A stretch of DNA of 64,000 bases from a virus (Duplodnaviria > Heunggongvirae > Uroviricota > Caudoviricetes), in IMG/VR virus record IMGVR_UViG_3300045996_000852, positions 1 to 64,000 of that record. One strand, given 5' to 3'. The position numbers and the translations under genes were made by a program. The notes below the pieces were generated by a model. It was not told the origin of the DNA. It ran no database searches and saw nothing but the letters and a program-made list of their open reading frames with translations. Positions 48,535-55,657 of the stretch are shown piece after piece (position 1 is the first letter of the stretch; each line of letters opens with the position of its first letter).

Positions 48535-49068
48535 ATGGAAACTATTGGAAACATTTTAGTAGAAGTTTTAAAATTCCTGAATTTATGGTTTACTAATTCT
48601 AGGACACAGATTCAAAAGGTTGTTAATATATATGATGCTATGCATGATATACTTGATACAACTTCAACGCAAAGGGTAATGATTTTTAAGGCTCATAATG
48701 GTGGAGGTATAATTAAACCTTCTGGTGAACTTTACTCAAGTTGTCTTTATGAAGACTACATAGACCCTTTCCACTCTCAGAAAGCTAAATATCAGAAAAT
48801 CGAATTAGATGGTATTTATCTTAAGATGTTATTGGAAACAATGCAAGATGGTTATGTTCATTTAAAAACTTCTGAAATGAAAGATGGCTTATTAAAAGGT
48901 ATCTATCAAAGTGAAGGTGTTACAGAATCAAGGATTTACTATTTGGGTAGAACTAAGAAGTATGTTTTTTATTGTTCCTTGGCTAACTCAAAAGAGTGGT
49001 TAATGGACCAAGCAGAGAAATCAAAGCTTGATATGGGTGTAAGTAAAATCAAACAAAATATTTTATAA
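48535..49068 (+). CDS. Hypothetical protein, 177 aa
   Basis: ORF; no motif recognised. Confidence 0.45.
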   Translation: METIGNILVEVLKFLNLWFTNSRTQIQKVVNIYDAMHDILDTTSTQRVMIFKAHNGGGIIKPSGELYSSCLYEDYIDPFHSQKAKYQKIELDGIYLKMLLETMQDGYVHLKTSEMKDGLLKGIYQSEGVTESRIYYLGRTKKYVFYCSLANSKEWLMDQAEKSKLDMGVSKIKQNIL

Positions 49069-49799
49069 TGAAAATCTCAAAAACCAACGTTGTTCTTTCA
49101 CTCCTTTTGATATTCTCAATTATTCTAATGGGAATCCAACAGTGTAACTTGAACAATACAAAAGACCAAGTAAGTGATTACAAGGCTTGGGAGAAGTTCA
49201 TGAAGGCTGAAATTGACAGCTTCAAGAATAAATTAAATCAAACAGTGGTTGAAGCTAAGGTAGCTCAAGTTGCTGATGAAGAAAGAATGAAGGAATTATC
49301 TGAACAGATATTCCAACTTAATAAGAAAGATGAAAGGCAAATTAAAGAGATTCAATCTTTGATTAGAGTTATACAAAATGCAAAACTCGATACAACTTTC
49401 ATAACATTTAGGGATAGTACCGGGAAGCCTGTAGTAAGAGACCCTAATGATACAACAAAAGTATTTAGAAAGGATGTAGTGATTCCTCCAATGAACTTTA
49501 AGGACTCTACAAAAAATTATCAAATAGATGGTACAGTTCTTCTTTCAGGAGTTCGTATTAATTCTTTGGTTCTACCTGATACTGCTTCCTTTAGAGTGGT
49601 GGAGAAGAAGGAACCGGGATTGTTCACAAAAAGAGAACTAACCATTCAGGGAATTCACTCTAATCCATTATTCCAAACTACAGGAATGCAGATGGTTCAA
49701 AAAAGGGGTGATAAACCTACCAGATGGCAAAGATGGATTAAACCTACTCTGACATTTGTAATAGGCTCGTTTTTAACTTATAAAGTATTAAAAGAATAG
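49068..49799 (+). CDS. Membrane-anchored coiled-coil protein, 243 aa (spanin-like or lysis accessory)
   Basis: N-terminal hydrophobic helix (VVLSLLLIFSIILMGI), then a predicted coiled coil. Sits directly before the holin-like and muramidase genes. Confidence 0.4.
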   Translation: MKISKTNVVLSLLLIFSIILMGIQQCNLNNTKDQVSDYKAWEKFMKAEIDSFKNKLNQTVVEAKVAQVADEERMKELSEQIFQLNKKDERQIKEIQSLIRVIQNAKLDTTFITFRDSTGKPVVRDPNDTTKVFRKDVVIPPMNFKDSTKNYQIDGTVLLSGVRINSLVLPDTASFRVVEKKEPGLFTKRELTIQGIHSNPLFQTTGMQMVQKRGDKPTRWQRWIKPTLTFVIGSFLTYKVLKE

Positions 49800-49802
49800 T
49801 AT

Positions 49803-50090
49803 ATGAAAAAGAAAGCAAGTGTAAAGAGAAATATTCTCAAGGCTTGGGTAACAAGTATAATTGGTATAGCTGCAATGGTCATCACTCTGGTTCTTGTATA
49901 TAATGACAAGATGGACTTCGTTTGGGATGGTGTTGCTGGCTTAACTATAGGAACTACTTTATTACTTGCTCCACGTACAATTGAAAAACAATTTAGTAAT
50001 CTGGTGGGTAGATTCTCTGGTAGTTCATCAGTAACAACTGAAACAACTACACCAACAGAGGAGCCTTTCCACGGTAACAAAAACCAATAA
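49803..50090 (+). CDS. Putative holin, 95 aa, two TM helices
   Basis: Two hydrophobic segments (WVTSIIGIAAMVITLVLVY; VAGLTIGTTLLLAP), charged N-terminus, Thr-rich C-tail. Immediately upstream of the endolysin. Confidence 0.5.
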   Translation: MKKKASVKRNILKAWVTSIIGIAAMVITLVLVYNDKMDFVWDGVAGLTIGTTLLLAPRTIEKQFSNLVGRFSGSSSVTTETTTPTEEPFHGNKNQ

Positions 50091-50091
50091 T

Positions 50092-50670
50092 ATGATTACA
50101 GAAAAAGCTTTTGCTGATAGTGCTAAGAGAATAGGTTGTAAAGTAGCTGCTGTCAAAGCAGTATGTGCTGTAGAGAGTAGAGGAAGTGGATTTCTTGCTG
50201 ATGGTAAGACACCAATGATTCTGTTCGAACCACACATCTTCTGGAAGGAATTAAGGAAAAGAGGGGTTGACCCAAATAAACATGTAGCTGGTAATGAAGA
50301 TATTCTTTATCCTACTTGGAAACCCGGGAAATATGGTCCTGTTTCAGCACAACATACTAGGTTACAAAAGGCTTGTAATATTAATAGGGAAGCTGCATTA
50401 GCTTCAGCATCTTGGGGACTATTCCAAATTCTAGGTAATAATTACAAAGAAGCTGGATATAGTACAATTCAGGACTTTATTAATGACATGTACAAAAGTG
50501 AAGATGACCATTTGGAAGCCTTTACAGGTTATGTTATTAATACTCATCTTGATGATGAACTGAGAGAGCTTGACTGGAAAGGTTTTGCTAGGGGTTATAA
50601 TGGACCAGCCTATGCTAAAAACCAATATGATACCAAGCTTGCAAGAGCTTACCAGAAATTTAATGTATGA
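50092..50670 (+). CDS. Endolysin, N-acetylmuramidase family (PF11860-like)
   Basis: VCAVESRGSGFLADGKTPMILFEPHIFWK and ASWGLFQILGNNY match the conserved IEVESxGxGF...LFExHxF pattern of the PF11860 muramidase family. Confidence 0.65.
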   Translation: MITEKAFADSAKRIGCKVAAVKAVCAVESRGSGFLADGKTPMILFEPHIFWKELRKRGVDPNKHVAGNEDILYPTWKPGKYGPVSAQHTRLQKACNINREAALASASWGLFQILGNNYKEAGYSTIQDFINDMYKSEDDHLEAFTGYVINTHLDDELRELDWKGFARGYNGPAYAKNQYDTKLARAYQKFNV

Positions 50671-51434
50671 AAATAGGAATAGTTCTCGTAGCTACCAATG
50701 CTTATTTCGTATTGGGAGTAAGATTCATTCAGAAGTTTTTACATTTTTATAAAGGGAATGCTGAGATTAAGTTTTACTTCTTCTCGGATACAGACCCTAG
50801 AGATTACGTATCAGCAGATATAGAGTATATACATACTACTCACAATTGCTGGCAGGATGGAACCAACTCAAAATTTTCTAATATTTTAAGTTTGAGTAAT
50901 GATAATAAACCTATTTCCTGTAGTCATCTTTTTTATTTTGATGCTGATACTAACATTGATAAGGAATTCACGGAAGAATGGTTCATAGGTGATTTGGTAG
51001 GTGGAGAACATTTCGGTAATAGGTCATACATGGTTAATAAGAAACCTTATGATCGTAATCCTAATTCCAGAGCATACATACCTTATAATACCAAACGTCC
51101 TCAGGTGTATTATTATGGAGCTTTCTTTGGTGGAAAAACTCAGAATTTACTGGATTTCTGTACTATCCTTCATGATAACCAGATAGCAGATAGGAAGATT
51201 AATTATGAGCCGGGAGTAAATGATGAGAGTTATATCAATCAATTCTTCCACTATAATCCTCCAACTAAGGTAGTTCCTTCAGATGGATTCAAGTTCCTTG
51301 TTTCAGATAAGGGTGGACTTGGAGAAACTAGAAGAACTGAACTTGATACTGAGCCGATAAAAGAGGCTATTCGGCTCAACAGAAATAAATTATTTGACAT
51401 TCAAAATGGTAAAATAAAATGGCTAAGTCCTTAA
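50667..51434 (+). CDS. GT6-family glycosyltransferase (ABO blood-group transferase / alpha-1,3-galactosyltransferase-like)
   Basis: Aligns by eye with the human ABO transferase catalytic region. [13 protein letters not shown]...GGEHFG matches VCVDVDMEF...[40 protein letters not shown] matches [53 protein letters not shown] matches [22 protein letters not shown]. The DxD motif is present. Confidence 0.7.
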   Translation: [255 protein letters not shown]

Positions 51435-51541
51435 CATCCCTTAACAAGATTTCTTTTGGTAAAAGAAAAAAGGGTAAAGCAAGCAAGAGACCAAAGAAGA
51501 AAGCTCCTAAGCAGAGTAAATACAGAGGTCAGGGTAGATAA
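51419..51541 (+). CDS. Small polybasic ORF (40 aa) overlapping the 3' end of the GT6 gene
   Basis: ATG51419..TAA51541 = MAKSLTSLNKISFGKRKKGKASKRPKKKAPKQSKYRGQGR, 45% Lys/Arg. Below the ORF-track cutoff. Confidence 0.25.
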   Translation: MAKSLTSLNKISFGKRKKGKASKRPKKKAPKQSKYRGQGR

Positions 51542-51588
51542 AATTTTTAACTAAAGGTTACTAGTTCCCTCAAACTAGATTTGTAATC

Positions 51589-51873
51589 ATGGCAAAGATT
51601 GATTATTTGATTCCAATTGGAATTTTCAAGAAGACTAAAAAGGTTCTTCTTGGTCACTACTCCTTCAAAAAAATGTTGGGAGAGGTATTAAACTGGTTAA
51701 ATGTACCATTTGCTGACCCTTGTTGTGCAGGAATGGCTGACAGTGTTCCAGTAAGGTATAACCCTAGCTTGAACAGGTTGGAAGTATTTCATGTAACGTT
51801 GGGTGAATGGGTAGACATCAATACAATTGATATTGTAACTACCAGTACAACAACGACTACTACAGCAGCGTAA
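51589..51873 (+). CDS. Hypothetical 94-aa protein with a poly-Thr C-terminal tail
   Basis: Ends VTTSTTTTTTAA. It is the last + strand gene before the convergent terminator. Confidence 0.45.
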   Translation: MAKIDYLIPIGIFKKTKKVLLGHYSFKKMLGEVLNWLNVPFADPCCAGMADSVPVRYNPSLNRLEVFHVTLGEWVDINTIDIVTTSTTTTTTAA

Positions 51874-51894
51874 TTGTCGAAGAGTAGATATTAT

Positions 51895-51927
51895 GAGGGA
51901 GTCACAAAAGGACTCCCTCTTTTTTTA
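51895..51927 (+). terminator. Rho-independent terminator at the convergence point of the + and - strand blocks
   Basis: Stem gagggagtc/gactccctc, loop acaaaag, then TTTTTTT. It overlaps the stop codon of the - strand gene 51902-52228. Confidence 0.6.
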
Positions 51928-52228
51928 TTCTAACATTCATTCCGTAAATAAGATCAACGTAATTAACGTCACCTTCTACATCATCCCGGTTCTTTAAACC
52001 CCAAACTTCTAGTAGCTCAGTATAGAGCCATTCTCTCCATTTCTGGTAGTCCTCTTGCTCTTCGAAGAAATAGTACTCATACCAAGAAAGGTGCTTTTCT
52101 TTAGGACCAACCTTGATTTTAATACCCTTCTCAATGTCCCCAAACTTTACGTCTAGTTTGGCAAACTCAAATTGTTTATTTATAAGCCTGTTGAGCAGAG
52201 GAACATTATTACTTATTCTTGTTGACAT
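51902..52228 (-). CDS. Hypothetical protein, 108 aa
   Basis: ORF; no motif recognised. Confidence 0.45.
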   Translation of the reverse strand: MSTRISNNVPLLNRLINKQFEFAKLDVKFGDIEKGIKIKVGPKEKHLSWYEYYFFEEQEDYQKWREWLYTELLEVWGLKNRDDVEGDVNYVDLIYGMNVRIKKEGVLL

Positions 52229-52232
52229 AGTG

Positions 52233-52269
52233 TAAAAATAAAGAAAGGAGACCTACGTGGTCTCCTTCT
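52233..52269 (-). terminator. Rho-independent terminator (- strand)
   Basis: On the - strand: stem aaggagacc/ggtctcctt, loop acgta, then ctttatttttac. Lies downstream of gene 52346-52960(-). Confidence 0.5.
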
Positions 52270-52345
52270 TTAGTTGGTTTATAAAATTGTTGGTTATTGT
52301 TGGTTTTCTCAAAATCTACACTATATAGTGCAAATATTGAACCTA

Positions 52346-52960
52346 TCATAAAGTTACGCCATCTTGACATTCTTCTAGGACTAAAGTCTCTTCCTTCATG
52401 TCAAAAATGGAACAAAGTTCACCAGACTTCTGCCAAATCTCGGCAGATTCATAATCAGCCTTGTTGGGTTTGTACTCTGTGATATAATGCTGAACAGCAT
52501 ATTCCAGAGGTGTCATATTACCCAACATTTCATGAGGCTCGTCCGGGAATAGGCAACAATAAATACTGATTGGCATATTGTTGTTATCATCAGAGTTGTA
52601 CTTCTGTATCTTAACCTTTGCAGGTTTAGATAATTTGGAGTATTTACCCTCCATGAATACAGCAACATCCTCAGCCCAATCGGAAATATCAAATATGAAA
52701 ACGCTAAATCCCTCATATTCAAACACTTCTCGAATAAGTGAATTTCTGTTTTTAAATACCCCTTCATGCATGAACTCAAGGAACTCTTGGAATTTATGTC
52801 CATATTCTACCTTTACTGCTAGTTCAAAGTTTCCTATAGAATAATCATTCCAATATAAATAACTCCTTATTTCGAAATCCCGGGTCTTTTTAATTCCTGT
52901 CAAAGGGAGTAAGAAAGCCGTACTCTTACTCCATATGTTTCTTCTAATTATCTCAACCAT
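52346..52960 (-). CDS. Hypothetical protein, 204 aa
   Basis: ORF; no motif recognised. Confidence 0.5.
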   Translation of the reverse strand: MVEIIRRNIWSKSTAFLLPLTGIKKTRDFEIRSYLYWNDYSIGNFELAVKVEYGHKFQEFLEFMHEGVFKNRNSLIREVFEYEGFSVFIFDISDWAEDVAVFMEGKYSKLSKPAKVKIQKYNSDDNNNMPISIYCCLFPDEPHEMLGNMTPLEYAVQHYITEYKPNKADYESAEIWQKSGELCSIFDMKEETLVLEECQDGVTL

Positions 52961-53354
52961 CTAATCCTCCTTTTTTATGTTTTTCTAAAAGTCCTTCTCT
53001 CAATTCTTTAATCTTCGGGGTAAAATTTAAGTCTGTACCTTTCTGGAAATGTACGTCCGGGAGAACTATAATAAGATTTTCCTTATTGAATTTATACTGA
53101 GGGAACAAATGCTTCTCTAAAACATGGTCGTAACAGGCTGAATTTTCCCTGTATAAAGACCTTCTCATAGGTCTCCCTGTCTCAAAACAATAACAAAAAC
53201 CGTTCTCATCTTCACGTTCATCCCATAATTCCAAGAAAAATTCTCTCATATCCCGGGGAGCTTCTTCAGCTTCAGCCTTAGATGGCCTCCTGTAGGTTAC
53301 GAGAGCTTTTTTTCTTAGAGGTTTTTGGCTTCTTTTCAATGGGGTTCGTTTCAT
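52953..53354 (-). CDS. Hypothetical protein, possibly HNH-like nuclease (start uncertain)
   Basis: CYCFETGRPM...ACYDHVLEKHLFPQ loosely resembles a CxxC...DH(V/I)xP HNH core. The listed start overlaps the upstream gene by 77 nt; an internal Met (MREFF) would remove the overlap. Confidence 0.3.
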   Translation of the reverse strand: MKRTPLKRSQKPLRKKALVTYRRPSKAEAEEAPRDMREFFLELWDEREDENGFCYCFETGRPMRRSLYRENSACYDHVLEKHLFPQYKFNKENLIIVLPDVHFQKGTDLNFTPKIKELREGLLEKHKKGGLDG

Positions 53355-53559
53355 ATTCTTCTTCGTTTCTTCTTAGTTTTTCGGATATTATAAGTAATAG
53401 GTTAACCTCTCTTCTGTGGTAGAATTCTTCTTGAGTTTCAGTGGAAGGATTTTTATTCCAACCATGTATCCACTCATCACTATATACATCCAATTTATTA
53501 ATTGGGATTTTACTATAGTGATTTCTCATGAATTCTATTTTTTCCTTGGTTAGTTTCAT
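53278..53559 (-). CDS. Hypothetical protein, 93 aa
   Basis: ORF with a Lys-rich C-terminus. Confidence 0.4.
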   Translation of the reverse strand: MKLTKEKIEFMRNHYSKIPINKLDVYSDEWIHGWNKNPSTETQEEFYHRREVNLLLIISEKLRRNEEEYETNPIEKKPKTSKKKSSRNLQEAI

Positions 53560-53676
53560 TTTTCTGTAGGTTTGATTTTACAAATAAAAATACATTCTCT
53601 ACGCTTACCAATGGTTAGCCACAGAAAGAGTTGACCGTTTACTTTATCCTTATCAAGACGAGGATGAAAAATACGT

Positions 53677-54069
53677 TCAACCATTAACGGTAATACCAGT
53701 ATTAGTACTATGCTGTATATTATATTGGGGAGCATGTCTTCTCTTCTTTCTTTTACTAATTTCTCTGAACCAGAGACTCTTTACAAAGTATTGTTTTGCC
53801 ATGTAATAGCTATCAGTAAGGACCAAGTATAATTCAACAGTAGGTGTGTAAGCTATTTTAATAACGAACTTTACTAACTTACCATTGTCTATATAACCCT
53901 TCATTAAGTTCTTTTTGGTTATTTTAACTTCTTCAGGGTGTACACATAAACTACCTTTTCCTCTTTCTTCTAGTCTTTCTTTCGAATGATAACCATACCA
54001 TAGCTTTACCCAAGAATCCTCAGTGAGGAATCCCTCACTGAAGATTTTGTTACCACTTATTGTTATCAT
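53677..54069 (-). CDS. Hypothetical protein, 130 aa
   Basis: ORF; no motif recognised. Confidence 0.45.
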   Translation of the reverse strand: MITISGNKIFSEGFLTEDSWVKLWYGYHSKERLEERGKGSLCVHPEEVKITKKNLMKGYIDNGKLVKFVIKIAYTPTVELYLVLTDSYYMAKQYFVKSLWFREISKRKKRRHAPQYNIQHSTNTGITVNG

Positions 54070-54080
54070 AATGGTTTGTT

Positions 54081-54539
54081 TTATCGGTTATCACCTGAAC
54101 CTTGAAGAACTCCTCTCTCCTGACGAGATTTGAGTTTATCATAGTTTGCTTGTGCTACATTTCCCATTTCCAGACCAAAGTCTGAACATGTAGCAGCTTG
54201 ATACCACATCTGATCTCCAAGTTCCTTACTGATTTCATTTACTTCTTCAGGGTAAAGATTATTATCTATAATTACACCTGATGCATCTTTTCTTAGTTCC
54301 TTCTTTATAATTTCTAGTTCCTTAGCTCTATCTTTTATTTCATTTAAAAGTTGAATAGCTTTTTGAACCTTATTATAATTAGTACAAGAAATATCTCCAC
54401 CTATAATAAGTGAATTGATTACTTTTTCTATTACCTCTCCTGTTTCTCCTGCTAATCCTAAAATAGGATATAAATATTTAATATTTTCAGGATAAATTGC
54501 TGTTGTCTTTGCTAATGCTTGATATTGATTAAATTCCAT
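54081..54539 (-). CDS. mazG: MazG-family nucleoside triphosphate pyrophosphohydrolase
   Basis: YQALAKTTAIYP...LGLAGETGEV...ELGDQMWYQAATCSDFGLEMGNVAQANYDKLKSRQERGVLQGSGDNR follows the MazG/NTP-PPase signature (EExxE-type helices and the C-terminal KLxxRxxRGxLxGxGDxR). Confidence 0.75.
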   Translation of the reverse strand: MEFNQYQALAKTTAIYPENIKYLYPILGLAGETGEVIEKVINSLIIGGDISCTNYNKVQKAIQLLNEIKDRAKELEIIKKELRKDASGVIIDNNLYPEEVNEISKELGDQMWYQAATCSDFGLEMGNVAQANYDKLKSRQERGVLQGSGDNR

Positions 54540-54543
54540 AATA

Positions 54544-55572
54544 TTAAGGTGTTACGAGTTCCTCAGCAGTAGGTGTTACTTCCTCCTGTGTGTCACTCAA
54601 TTGTTTAGTAATGTCTGATTTGATTTTGTTGTAGAAATCTGGATTGTCATTAAGTAATTCTCTAAAAGTATCTTCAGGGAATTTTTCTTCTCCATAGGTA
54701 ATATAATTAACACCACCAGAAGCTCTTGTCTTAAGTAAATCAAATTCTTTACCCAAGTCTATTACTTCCTGTAGTTTGTCAATACCTACTCCAAATACAA
54801 TAGGAATCTTTCCTTTTCTGTAGGGAGAAGCTACTTTGTTTTTAATCACTTTGAACTTACTATAGATACCGTACACTTCATCACCATCTTTAGTATTCTC
54901 TTTTCTTAATTCAGTACGTACAGAAGCCCAAAACTTCAATGCGTGACCACCTTGAGTTGTTTCAGGAGAACCAAACATAACACCAATTTTCTCACGGAAT
55001 TGTGAGATAAATATAACGGCAGTGTTATGCTTAGATGCCATTTGTTTAATCTTTGGAATTTCCTGACCAAGTAATCTTGCATGTAGTCCGAGATTAGAAG
55101 AACCAGCAGGGTCTTCCATTTGCTTTCTTGGAAGCATACCATTTGCAGAGTCAATAACAAGTAAACGTACTTCACCTGTTTCCATCATACCCTTTGCAAA
55201 CTCAAATCCATCTTCACCACTATCGGGTTGGAATAAAGTAAATGTTTCTTTATCATCCCAATTAACACCGATGTTTGTGGCATAGACTTTATCAAGAGCA
55301 TGTTCGGCATCAATGTAAACTACTTTACCTTTTGCTTTCTGACATTCTGCTACAGCATGTAGAGCAAGTGTTGTTTTACCACCACCTTCCCAAGCTATGT
55401 GTTCGTAGATACGACCTGTCTTGTATCCACCACCTAATCCATAATCAAAATTGATACTGCCACTAGGGATGAATATTCTGTCAGGCTCTACCTGAGCAAA
55501 TTGTTTCTCCAAATCTCTAGCTCTCTCTCTGTAGCTTTGTTGAGGTTTTTGTTCTTTCTTGGAAGTTGCCAT
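54544..55572 (-). CDS. recA: RecA-family recombinase
   Basis: Collinear with E. coli RecA: SGSINFDYGLGGGYKTGRIYEHIAWEGGGKTTLALHAVAECQKAKGKVVYIDAEHALDKVYATNIGVN; LLVIDSANGM (Walker B); NTAVIFISQFREKIGVMFGSPETTQGGHALKFWASVRTELRK (L2 loop region). Confidence 0.9.
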   Translation of the reverse strand: MATSKKEQKPQQSYRERARDLEKQFAQVEPDRIFIPSGSINFDYGLGGGYKTGRIYEHIAWEGGGKTTLALHAVAECQKAKGKVVYIDAEHALDKVYATNIGVNWDDKETFTLFQPDSGEDGFEFAKGMMETGEVRLLVIDSANGMLPRKQMEDPAGSSNLGLHARLLGQEIPKIKQMASKHNTAVIFISQFREKIGVMFGSPETTQGGHALKFWASVRTELRKENTKDGDEVYGIYSKFKVIKNKVASPYRKGKIPIVFGVGIDKLQEVIDLGKEFDLLKTRASGGVNYITYGEEKFPEDTFRELLNDNPDFYNKIKSDITKQLSDTQEEVTPTAEELVTP

Positions 55573-55589
55573 ATGTTTATTTAGTTAGT

Positions 55590-55604
55590 ATACAAATATA
55601 AGAC
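55590..55604 (-). promoter_or_regulatory. Candidate promoter for recA (- strand cttaTATATTTGtatac)
   Basis: Reverse complement of 55590-55604 gives TATATTTGTATAC, 20 nt upstream of the recA ATG. Same motif as 3355-3371. Confidence 0.4.
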
Positions 55605-55641
55605 AAAAAAGTCCAGCTATCAAAAGACAACTGGACTTTTT
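55604..55641 (-). terminator. Bidirectional hairpin terminator between the RNR and recA genes
   Basis: aaaaaa-agtccag-(14-nt loop)-ctggact-ttttt: the stem is flanked by an A-run and a T-run, so it can terminate either strand. It lies 3' of the RNR stop on the - strand. Confidence 0.55.
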
Positions 55642-55657
55642 GTATTTTAACATATCC

